DNA from: the human T2T-CHM13v2.0 reference genome, Homo sapiens
Strand: one strand, 5' to 3'
Length of the DNA: 64,000 bases
Assembly (NCBI RefSeq): GCF_009914755.1
Contig: NC_060933.1
The notes beneath the pieces were generated by a model, which was not told where the DNA came from, did not search any database, and saw only the letters and a program-made list of their open reading frames with translations. Both the position numbers and the translations under genes were made by a program. Below are positions 12,961-26,640 of the stretch, piece by piece (positions within the stretch are counted from its first letter, which is position 1; each line of letters opens with the position of its first letter).

Positions 12961-13179
12961 ATCAGAAAGAAAATTTGATATACAAAAGAAACCAAAATAC
13001 AGGAAATAAATAGATAAATATAAATTTAAATTAATCAGAATGAAAATTTGATCTACAAAAGAAATCAAAATACAGGAAATAAATAGATAAATATAAATTT
13101 AAATTAATCAGAATGAAAATTTGATCTACAAAAGAAATCAAAATACAGGAAATAAATAGATAAATATAAATTAAATTAA
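12961..13179. repeat. 73-bp tandem repeat x3
   Basis: Units starting ATCAGAA at 12961, 13034 and 13107; copies 2 and 3 nearly identical. Confidence 0.92.
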
Positions 13180-14369
13180 TATTTTCTTATTTTTAATTGC
13201 TTTGTAGCAAAAATAATAGCAATATATTATATGTTTATAGCATACAAAAATAGTAAAAGAAATGACAATAGCACAAAGGATGGGGAAAAAGGAATTGAGA
13301 ATATACAGTAATAAGGTCTTCATGCTACACATGGAGCAGTATAATATAATTTGAAGATATGTTTCATACATATGTCAAAAGCCCTGGGTTGAACGAAAAT
13401 AAAATTTTTAATGGTACAAATAATGTCAGTAGAGGAGACAGAATAATTTTTTTTTAATGCTCTAGGTAGAAAAGGGGGCAGGGAAGCAAAGAAACAGATG
13501 GAAGAAGTGGAAAATAACCAGCAAAATGGTACATTTTAATTCAACTCTATCAATGATCACATTAAATGTGAATGATTTAAGGAGAGTAGTTTAAAAGACA
13601 ACAATTTCATATTGGATTTAAAAAGCAAGACCAAAATATATGTTATCTACAAGAAGTTGACTTTAAGTTTAAAGACATATAAGTAAAAATGAAAAGGGTA
13701 GAGAAAGATATACCTTGCAAAAATTCTACAAATGAAAGCTGGATAACTATATTACTATCAGACAAAACAAGCTTCAGAAAATGAATAACATTAGGAATAA
13801 AGGAGAACACTATATAATGTCAATCCTCCAAGAATACATAACAATTTATGTATGCAGTTAACAACAGAGCTCCAATTATAGAGGCAAAAACTGATGGAAC
13901 TGAAAGAGAAAATTAACAAATCCACAATTTTAATTGAAAACGTCAACATTCCCTTCAGAATTAAACACTATAAACCAACTAGACCTAAATCACATATAGG
14001 ACCCTCCATCCAGCAATAGAAAAATACACATTATTTTCCAGTGCACATAAAACATACACCAAGATAGGTCATATTCTGAGCCATAAAACAAACTTCAACA
14101 CATTTAGAAGAGTAGAAATCATACAAAGCCTTCATATCACGAAATGAGAGTAAAAGTTTGGGCTCCCAACTCAGTCTTTGTTGCCTAAAGTAAGAGGGGA
14201 TTTGTGGTTTCCCTGGTGCTTAGTTGGAATAAGGCAGTTATTGACAAAAGCTTGCTCTTGCTAAGTTGCCCTTTACCCAGTCCTTCATCTAGGGAAAGCA
14301 AACTTTGCAGGAGGAGGGCTTTTGATCTGTGCCCATTAGTATTTCCTGGGGTCAGGCTGCTAAAAGAAT

Positions 14370-16690
14370 ATTTAAATAAGATCTACAATCTCATAATACA
14401 ATGACATGAAAATCTATTGTCATACTAAGAACAAGGAAAATCTCAATTTGAATGAGAAAAGGCAATTAACAGATGCCCATACCAAGACGACACAGATATT
14501 AGATTATCTGATGAGAATTTTTTAATGACCATCCTATAATTCCTTCAACAAGCAATTATGAATATGCTTACAAAAAATGCAAACTAGAAAGTTCCAGTGA
14601 TATAAATAAATAATATAAAGACAAACCAAATGGAAATTTTAGAACTGAAAGATACAATGACCAAAATAGAAAACTCATTGAATGGGCTCAACAGAAGAAT
14701 AAAGAGGAGAGAGAAAATAGTCAATAAACTTGAAGACAGAGCAATAAATATGAGCCAAACTAAACATATAAAGAAAATAGATGAAAAAATTAACATAACC
14801 TCAGGGATCTGTAGAATAATAAAAGATCTAACATTCATTTCATTGGAGTCCTGGATGGGCAAAAGAAAGAATGTGGAACTGGAAAAGTATTAAAGGAAAT
14901 AGAGCTTACACATCTCCCTAATATGGCAAAAGACATAAACATAAAGATTCATAAAGCAAAATGAATCTCAAACAGCATAAACCCAAATAAATCCATGACA
15001 AAACACATTATAATCAAACTTCTGAACACTAGACATAAAGAAAATTTATTGAATGCAGCAGAGGAAAACGATGCATTGCCTTAGAGAAACAATGATTTTG
15101 ATGACAGTAGATTTTTACTGGAAACCATGGAGGCCAGGAGAAAGTGTCACAACATCTTTTAAGAGCTGGGGGAAGAAACCAAACACCTGTCAATCCAGGA
15201 TTTCTAGAATATCTTTCAAGAAATCAAGATATTCTCAGATTTAAAAAAACTAAGAAAATTTGTCATCAGCAGTCTTACCTTAAAATAATAAAATTCTTCA
15301 AATAGAAAGAAATGATAATAAAAGCAAGCTTAGAACATCAGAAATAAATTTAAAAAGAAGAGAAATAATAAAATATAAATAATATAATATACTTTCCTCT
15401 TGAGTTTTCTAAATTACTTTTGATGGTTGAAGAAAATTTATAACATCATCTGATGTGATTTTCAACATATATAGAGGAATTACTTAAGACAATTATGTTA
15501 AAAAGAGGAAGGGCAAAGACACCTAAATGAAGGTACTCTTCACTTTAACTACTAAAATGTTGACACCAGTAGATGCACTCAAAAGCACTATACCTAAATC
15601 AAATTGAAATTCTAAAATATGTTGAAGTAACCCACAAGAAAGAAAATGAAAACAGATAAATGAAAAAAGGGAGAACAAACAAAATAAATAATTAAATGTC
15701 AGGCTTAGACATAAATATGTCAAAAACTACATTAAATATAAAAGGTCTAAATATACCAGCTAAAATACAAGAATTGGCAAAATGGATAAGAATGACACAA
15801 TTCTATGCTCTGGTATGGTTTGAATGTTTCTGCCTCCTCCAAAATTCATGTTAAAACTTAATCCTCATTGTGGTGGTATTAAGAGTTGAGGCTTTTTGAG
15901 ATGTGATTAAGTCATAAGAGAACCACTTCCATCAATATGTTAGTACCTTATGAAACGTCTGAAGAAAATGGCTTAGTCCTTGTTTGCCCTTCTGCTGTTC
16001 CACCATGTGAGGACACAGCACTCAAAGAGCTATCTTGGAAGCAGAAACCAGGCCTTTGCTTGATACTGAAACTTCTGGCACCTTGATCTTTGACTTCCCA
16101 GTCTCTAGAACTGTGAGAAATTTCTGTTGTTCAGTTTCAATTACCCAGTTTTTAATAAAAAGATTAACAAAGAACAAAAAAGGCAATTCAACAGGTCAAA
16201 AAAGGTATGATAACCTCAATTTTCAGGTATTTTGTTATAACATCACAAACAGACCAAGACACTGTCTTTTTAAAAGCCCATGAAAATTATAAAAAATTAA
16301 ACATTAAGTGATGGAAAAAATATACCAAGAATTAGTCAAAATAAAGCAAGAATTGTGATATTAATATCAGATAAGGTAGACTGTAGAAGAAAGAAAATTA
16401 CCAGAGATAAAGAGAGACAATATATAATGATAAAAGAGTCAATCCACCAAAAAGGCATAGCAATTCTAAGTTTTTGTATGCACCAAAAAGCATAACTGTA
16501 AAATAAGTGAAGCAAGAACTGATAAAACTGAAAGGAGAAGCAAGCAAGTCCACAATTATAGCTGGAGATTGAACACCCTTCTCTCAACAAATGATTGAAC
16601 TATTAAACAGACATAGAACTTAACTACAATGTCAACTAACAGATCTAACTGACATTTATAGAACACTCAACACGCCAACAACAGGATATT
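14370..16690 (+). mobile_element. Second old L1M 5'/ORF1-EN fragment, interrupted by a MaLR LTR
   Basis: ORF1-like peptide MEILELKDTMTKIENSLNGLNRRI, with EN-like sequence at 16300-16690. Confidence 0.72.
15811..16261 (+). mobile_element. MaLR solo LTR (MST/MLT1A-type)
   Basis: TGGTATGGTTTGAATGT...AAAATTCATGTT start and GGTATTTTGTTATAACATCACAAACAGACCAAGACA end. Confidence 0.85.
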
Positions 16691-16879
16691 TTTCTCAAAT
16701 AAACAGGGATAGAAACGTGCACTGAAGCTTCTGCAACATCCACTACACTTTCCTCATTTGACATTTTTCAAAGTACACTTGCTAGTTGTAACCAGTGAAA
16801 CAATACAATACAATGATATAAAAAGATAAATCAAATCATGTCAGCCCTACTCTTTTTCCAGTTCCAACCACATTTCCAA

Positions 16880-16927
16880 TTTCATGTCCACAGTAACAAT
16901 GTGGACATTGTTACTGTGGACATGAAA
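16880..16927. repeat. Perfect inverted repeat, 23-bp arms, 2-nt spacer
   Basis: TTTCATGTCCACAGTAACAATGT-GG-ACATTGTTACTGTGGACATGAAA. Confidence 0.95.
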
Positions 16928-17639
16928 GATCAAAAAAGAATGAATGGCCTTGGTAACTTCTGTAGAAGCAAAGAGAGAAGGAAGGAATCAGTATACTGAC
17001 ATGGATGAAGATTTAATCAAGAGTACAGACTTTAGCATCCTAAACATCTAAATCCGACTCCTGAGATTTACTGGCTACCTCCAAGTAAACTCAACTACAA
17101 CAATTACAAAAGGTTAGATTCTATAAGTGTCCTTTCTTTCATCTGTATAATGGGATAAGAATAGCAGCTGCCTTACAGACATTCTTCTTCTTTTTCTCAG
17201 AGCCTACACACTCTCTTACATCTTCTCTCTGAATTTCTATTCCTTTATTCCCTCTGCATTCTAGAAAAAAGAAAATGGGAAGAACGTTCTTACTACACAA
17301 ATTTCAATAAGAAAAAAAGAATATGACAATAAAAAATTGACAAAGAACAAAAGAGGCAATTCAGCAGGTCAAAAAAGGTATGAAAACCTCAATTTTATTC
17401 AAATAACTAAAACGAAAACACAAATCAACAGAAACTATTCACCCTTATTAGTGCCCAAAGAAATGAAAACTTAAACTATGATTTATATTTTTACCTATAA
17501 AATAGGCAAAATAAAATGAAACTAGTATTGGGAATGTAGCATAATTTGCATTTTCTTATACTATTGATAGTGTAAGTTGGTACAAACTTTCTACAAGGAA
17601 TTAGGCAATATCTATTACACACCTTTAAAGTGGTCATTC

Positions 17640-17833
17640 ATAAGAACAATAAGCACTGGAACTCGAAAGAGGGGAGGGAGGGAGCGGACCAAGGGTTGAA
17701 AAACTACCTATTGGGTACTGTGTTCACTATTTGGGTGAAAGGGTCAATAGAAGTTCAAACCTCAGCATCATGCAATACACCCTAGTAACAAACCTGCACA
17801 TGTACCCACTAAATCTAAAATTAAAAAGAAAAA
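17640..17833 (+). mobile_element. L1PA15/16-like 3'UTR fragment within an older L1ME remnant (~17270-18250)
   Basis: AAAACTACCTATTGGGTAC...AACAAACCTGCACATGTACCC followed by an A-rich tail. Confidence 0.8.
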
Positions 17834-18413
17834 CATAGTAATCCATGTCTTGATATTTATATGCCATTTCTACTTATTTTAGAAAGTTATTATGCTGCAG
17901 AAAAAATCAGAAATTCACACAAAGATTTATATAGAAAATATTTATCAAGTTTTAGCTATAATAGTGAGAAACTAGAAACATAAAGTTACAACAAAGGGAA
18001 TGACAGTGAAATTAATTGTGATATATGATATATAATACCAGCCAGTCAAATCATGTTTTCTAAAATTATTTAATTATATGAGTAAATGCACACAATACAA
18101 TGGTAAGAAAAAACAGTAGACAAATCATACATATGATATATATGTTAAAAATACCCACATAATAAAAAGGACTGGAAGAAAAAAATCAAAATTTGAAGAA
18201 TAAGTGAGGTTATGTATGATTTTTCTTTCCTTATGTTTTTATGTGTCTTCCAGTTTTCTTATTCTGAAAAATACTAATCTGTTCATCTCCCAGTATTTTC
18301 TACTAGACTGTGGGCTCCTTGTGGAGGGGCTACATTTTCTTCACAGTGGTGCCCTCAGAAAGAGCACATTGCTGATACAAAATAAGAGCTCCCAAATGTT
18401 AAATCAATAAAGT

Positions 18414-18654
18414 ACTTTGACCTTTGAACAACAGGGTTTTAACTGCATGGGTCTGCTTATATGCAGATATTTTTCAAACAAACAGGGAAGGGAAAATACA
18501 GAATTTGCATGATGCAAAACTCATGCATACAAAGGACTGACTTTTCCTATACATGGATTCCACAGGATCAACTGCAGGACTTGAGTATGTGTGGATTTTG
18601 ATATACATGGGGGTCCTGGAACCAATCCCCTGCATATATCAGGAAATGACTGCA
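18414..18654. mobile_element. MER8-like (Tigger2-derived) MITE
   Basis: TTGACCTTTGAACAACAGGGTTTTAACTGC at one end and GGGGTCCTGGAACCAATCCCC...GACTG at the other; ~240 bp. Confidence 0.8.
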
Positions 18655-20468
18655 ATTGCTCTTGTAAAAAGAAAATTGCAACAAATTTTATTTTTAAATT
18701 GGTTATAATATATTCAGAGAATAATTATTTTTATGGATATAGCATTACAATCAATAATTGAGCATTCCTCAGTTATTTCTGGAATTTCATGTTTTAATTC
18801 AAAAATCATAAAAGTAGAAGACACTATTAGCATCACACTATAATAACTTCAAGGAGGTTATGTTTTTAAAAATATTCTTATTTTATATATTATCCCCCAT
18901 TCCAAAAAAGCACTTTAGATGGCCTAAATAAAAACATATAATAATAGTAGTTTATATTTATTGATTGCCTACGAAATGTCAGGTTTCCTTGTGTTCTTTA
19001 AATGTATTTTTATTAAAAATAATAATAATAAATGTATTTTTATTTAATCTTCATAAGGACCCTAATATCCCAATTTCATAAATGAAGGCATGAAAATGTC
19101 ATGTCTTCTGCCAGCTTCCAGAACGCAGTAACAAGCTAACCTGTTAGTTCACAAGTAAAATCTCAGAGCCTTCACAATTCATGATAGACTCTTCATTTTC
19201 TTATTTACATAGAAAAATGTATTAATATCTGCTCTATCTTCCTTACCAAACTATTGGAACACTCAACAGTATTCATGCAGAAACACTGTCAATTTTTAAT
19301 AAGATGAGATACTATTATAACACAAGTGACTGCAGACCATAAGGAGAGCCCTGTGTCATTGCAATAAGATTCTCAAAATATAACAGCACTTGATTGTTAA
19401 TTACAAGTCAGCAAGTGTCTAAATTTTTTAGACTCTACCTTAAAAGCATTCCATGTGGTTTGGGCATCAGGAGATACCAGACACAGACACAGAGAATAAT
19501 GGCATATGAGTGATACACTCCTTTGCATGCATAAAAATGAACTTTCTGGTATCTCATAAAGTGAAACAAAGACAAAAATCTCCAAAACATCAACTGTTCT
19601 CTGCTGAGATTAGATCATTCCTTTTCATTGTAGTTTTTGATGTAATTTCTTACATATTCATTTTCCACTTACTCAAACGAGCTTTATACTGTGGAGAGTC
19701 TACACTGTTTTTCATAAGTAGTTGGTCTTTTTCTTCTTGACTAAAGATCATGAAGATTCACCAAAAAAAGCCAGATTTATCCTCTTCTCCTACCTCACAT
19801 GCATCAAAGCCAAAGAAAAAAAAAACATCTGCTGTGAGGTTTACTGCCAACTACAAAGAACCAATGGAAAACCAGGACCTTTGAGTGATGAGAATGCTAG
19901 TTATAATTTGAGTCTATCAAGTGATTACTGGATATGCAATGGCCCATATGCTGAAATCTTCAAATAGCCAGATGGGTTCTGCCCAAATTCAGAGAGCCAT
20001 TGAGGGTCATTCAAAATCCCTATAACTAGTACCCTTGACATTTACCAAACCTGGCCCACATGAAAAGTGATTAAGTGAAAACTCATTAAAACAGCTTTAA
20101 TATTTCATAAGGATCCTTTTAATTTAGGGGTAAGGTTTTTTATTTTGACAGTGAACCAAAATCATCAGAAACCCATATGCATGTGAGCATGATGAATGTT
20201 TTACTAATTAACAAATGGGCCCAAACTGAGATCCAAACACATCTATCTGCAAATGTCTGGTAAAACAGTGGGAGGCCAAGGGAAGTAATTTGCATAAATC
20301 AATTTGCAAGTGAGTGTTTTTTGTTGTTGTTGTTCTTGACTGATTAAGAAAGGAGGAGTTTTGTGTGGCACCTAAAAAACATCTGAGAAATGGACAGAGA
20401 ATATAGTGCATGACCTTCCCCTTTGCCCCTGGACTCATGAGCACAGGGAGAAGCTGCCTGTGAGGCTC

Positions 20469-21375
<907 letters not shown>

Positions 21376-21478
21376 AGCTCTTGGAAATATCAGAGCATAT
21401 ATACTATAGCTTTGATCCTGAACAACAAAATGGAACTTCAAAATATACAGTCTCCCTGGCAATCAGAAATTGTATACA

Positions 21479-22980
<1,502 letters not shown>

Positions 22981-23299
22981 GGTAAAAGACTTTTAACAAC
23001 AAATTCCAGAGAGAGGAAGAAAATAACTGGTCACATTGAGGCAGATACTGCTTTGTTCTCCATTGGAGTTTTCCATATAATGTATATATATTGGGCAATA
23101 ATCCCTCTGCATCCCAATGTGCTCATCTACATTTATGGGGTAATTAACCTACCTCAAAGGTAGTTGCCAGATTCATCTCAGTTACATTATCAAATTCCTT
23201 CAGATGCTGTAGAATTCTTTTTATCTGACATAATTGGGACCAAAGTTCATGGACTCACAAAAAGAGCCAGATATATAGATAAATCATAAGAATTCACCA

Positions 23300-23560
23300 T
23301 ATACCAAATACAGAAAACCAAATACCATATCTTCTTAGTAAGTGGGAGCTAAGCTGTGAGGAAGCACAGATATACAGAATGATATAATGGACTTTGGGGA
23401 CTCAGGGAGGGTGGGAGAGGGGAGAAAGATAAAAAAGACTACATATTGGGTACAGTGTACACTGCTTGGCTGACAGGTGCACTAAACTCTCAGAATTCAC
23501 CATTATAGAGTTCATTAATGTAACCAAAACCACTTGTACCCCAAAAGCTATTGAAACTTT
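23300..23560 (+). mobile_element. L1PB3/4-like 3'UTR fragment
   Basis: AAGTGGGAGCTAAGCTGTGAGG...CACTTGTACCCCAAAAGCTATTGAAA. Confidence 0.8.
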
Positions 23561-23779
23561 TTAAGTATTTCACTATAAACAAATGCAAGGTAAAACTTGG
23601 AGAGTAAAATAATCCAAACTAGACTTATAGGATTCTGGGCTAATAATGATACTCAAGAGATATTAAGATTCTGCCAAAAATAAAATTTAATATATTTCTG
23701 TCATTAAAAAGTCCAATAGAATGCTGACTGTAACATTAAAAAGGACATTGGAAACAAAAAATAAAATCCAACTGTAGCC

Positions 23780-23975
23780 AAAAAAAATGGTGAAAGAGTT
23801 AAACAGACATTTCACAAAAGAAGTTATAGGAATGGCCACTGAGCATATGAAAAGATGTTCAACAGCATTAGTCATCAGGAAAATGCAGATTAAAATCACA
23901 AGGAGATACCACTACCTACCCATTAAAATGACTAAAATTAAAAAGACTGACAATACCAAATGTTGGTGAGGATTA
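23780..23975 (+). mobile_element. Old L1M ORF2 C-terminal fragment
   Basis: Peptide LNRHFTKE...HMKRCSTALVIRKMQIKITRRYH. Confidence 0.75.
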
Positions 23976-26177
23976 GTTGTGGAATTATACAGCATTTGAA
24001 ATAATATATCTTGTTACCTTTTCTTGAAAGTGTCATCAATGACTCAGCTGACTATGATTTATTCAAGTATCTGATGGATTTTCCAAGAGAGTTTTTATAT
24101 ATATTTTGATTAAAATTATTCTTAAAATATAAATTTAAGAAAAATATATCAGGCTACCATGAGACTTATTTCCCAAAACAGTATGTCAGAAGACAAAGAC
24201 GCAACATCAAGAAAGTTTCAAGGAAAGAATATTGGAACCCAGAGTTACTGTTCATATGGAAGGGGAGAAATATAAAGCATTATAGAAATGCTAGTGAAGC
24301 AAAGCAAAATGGCTGAAGAGAAGGCCCCACCAACTGACCCCCACCACCCAACAGTAACACCAAATTTCACAACTATCTATACAGAAAAGAACCAAAAACC
24401 AGGTACCAGCTTGACACAGTGGAGTAAAGCCTCAAGCAGGCTCTTAGAGTCTCTGATTCCAGGCTTTGGCTCTTTCATGGCCTTTCTGGACCTGCCCTGG
24501 GCCAGAGGGGAGTCCACTGCCTAAAGAGTGAGTCCCAGGCCAGGCCGTATATGTCATAAGCTGACTAAAGAGCCCTTGGGCCTTAAGTGAACACAGGTGG
24601 TAGCCTGGTAGTACTCCCCATGGCCCCGTGGTGGTGGTGGCCACAGGGTGAGGTTTCTCTCCCTGTGGAAAAGGGAGGAAAAAGCAGGAAGGACTGTGTC
24701 TGGTGGTTTGAGTGCCAGTTCAGCTACCATATAATAGCACACCAGGTAGATTTCTAAGGTTTTTAACTCCAGTCCCTGGCTCCCAGATGACATCTCTGGA
24801 CCTGCCCAGGACCTGGAAGAACTCACCACTCTGGAGGGAAGGACAGAAGCCTGGCTGGCTTCACTACCTGATGATTGTAGAGTCCTAGGTCCTGAGTGAA
24901 TAGGCAATAGTTAGGTAGTAGTTATAGCAGGCCTTGGGTGAGACCCAGTGCTATGCTTGCTTCAGGTCTAACCCAGCACAGTCCCACTGGTGGTGACCAC
25001 AGGGGTGCTTGTGTCACCCAACCTCCAGCTACAGGCAACTCAGCACAAAGAGTGAGACTCTTTTTGTTTAGGAGAAAGTAACAGAAGAGAACAAGAGTCT
25101 CTGTCTGGTAATCCGGATAATTCTTCTGGATCTTATCCAAGACCACCAAGGTGGAACCTCTACAAGTCCACAAGACCTGGCTGGGGTGTCCCCTAAAGCA
25201 GATACAGCTTAGATCACAACACCCAAGTCCTTTCAATACATGGAAAACCTTTCCAAGAAGGATGGGTACAAACAAGCCCAACTGTGAAGACTACAATAAA
25301 TACCTAACTCTTTAATGCCCAGACACCAACAAACATCCACAAGCATCAAGACCATCTAGGAAAATATGACCTCACCAAATGAACTAAATAAGGCACCAGG
25401 GACCAACCCCGGAGAAACACAGATATGTGACCCTTCAGACAAAGAATTCAAAATAGCTGTGTGGCAGAAACTCAAAGAAATTCAAGATAACACAGAGACG
25501 GAATTCAGAATTCTATCAGATAAACGTAAGAAAAGATTTAAATAATTAAAAAGAATCAAACAGAAATGCTGGAGTTGAAAAATGCAACTGACATACTGAA
25601 GAATGCATCACAGTCTCTTAATAGCAGAATTGATCAAGCAAAAGAAAAAGACTTAAAGAGCTTGAAGATAGACTATTTGAAAATACAGTCAGAAGAGACA
25701 AAAGACAAAAGTATAAAAACAATAAAGCACACCAACAAGATCTAGAAAATAACTTCAAAAGGGCATACCTAAGAGAGTTATTGGCATTAAAGAGGAGGTA
25801 GAGAAATGGGGTAGAAAGTTTATTCAAAGGGATAATAACAGAGAACTTCCCAAATCTAGAGAAAGATATCAATGTCCAAATATAAGGTGGTTATAGAATA
25901 GATTTAATATGGATGAAGAAAGGATCCTAAAAGCAGCAAGAGAAAACAAACAAATAACATGCAATGCAGCTCCAATACATTCGGCAGCAGACTTTTCAGT
26001 GGAAACTTAACAGGCCAGGAGAGAGTGTCATGACATATTTAAAGGGCTGAAAGAAAAAAAACTTTTACCCTAGAATAGTATACCCAGTGAAAATATCCTT
26101 CTAACATGTAGGAGAAATAAAGACTTTCCCAGACAAACAAAAGCTGAGGAATTTCATCAGCACCAGACCTGTTCTTG

Positions 26178-26227
26178 CCACCACACTCCAGCCTGTGTGA
26201 CAAAGACAAAAAAAAAAAAAAAAAAAA
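26178..26227 (+). mobile_element. Alu 3'-terminal fragment plus poly(A) at the L1 deletion junction
   Basis: GCCACCACACTCCAGCCTGTGTGACAAAGAC followed by an A-run. Confidence 0.75.
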
Positions 26228-26350
26228 ACCAGGAATACAAGGAGGTTGCTACACAAACAAATCAATCAATGTGATACATCATCTCAACAGAATGAATGAC
26301 AAAAACCATATGGTCATTTCAAATAATGCTTTAAAAAGTATTTGATAAAG

Positions 26351-26640
26351 GGCCAGTCACGGTGGCTCAGGCCTGTAATCCCAGCACTTTGGGAGGCCAA
26401 GGTAGGTGGATCACGAGGTCAGGAGATCGAGACCATCCTGACTAACATGGTGAAACCCCACCTCTACTAAAAATACAAAAAATTAGCCAGGTGTGGTGGC
26501 AGGCACCTGTAGTCCCAGCTACTCAGGAGGCTGAGGCAGGAGAATGGTGTGAACCCAGGAGGCGGAGGTTACAGTGAGCCAAGATCACACCACTGCACTC
26601 CAGCCTGGGCAACAAAGCAAGACTTCGACAAAAAAAAAAA
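26351..26640 (+). mobile_element. Full-length Alu (AluY/AluSc-like)
   Basis: GGCCAGTCACGGTGGCTCA start, dimeric body, poly(A). Confidence 0.93.

Larger units (their letters stand above)
11470..14130 (+). mobile_element. Old L1M element (ORF1 to endonuclease region), interrupted by a younger L1 3' fragment
   Basis: A-rich degenerate ORF1 followed by EN-like sequence (CACATTAAATGTGAATG..., TATGCAGTTAACAACAGAGCTCC). Confidence 0.7.

Noticed and set aside
12961-13179. CRISPR-like array
   Set aside because: Contiguous tandem units without unique spacers, in a eukaryotic L1 context.
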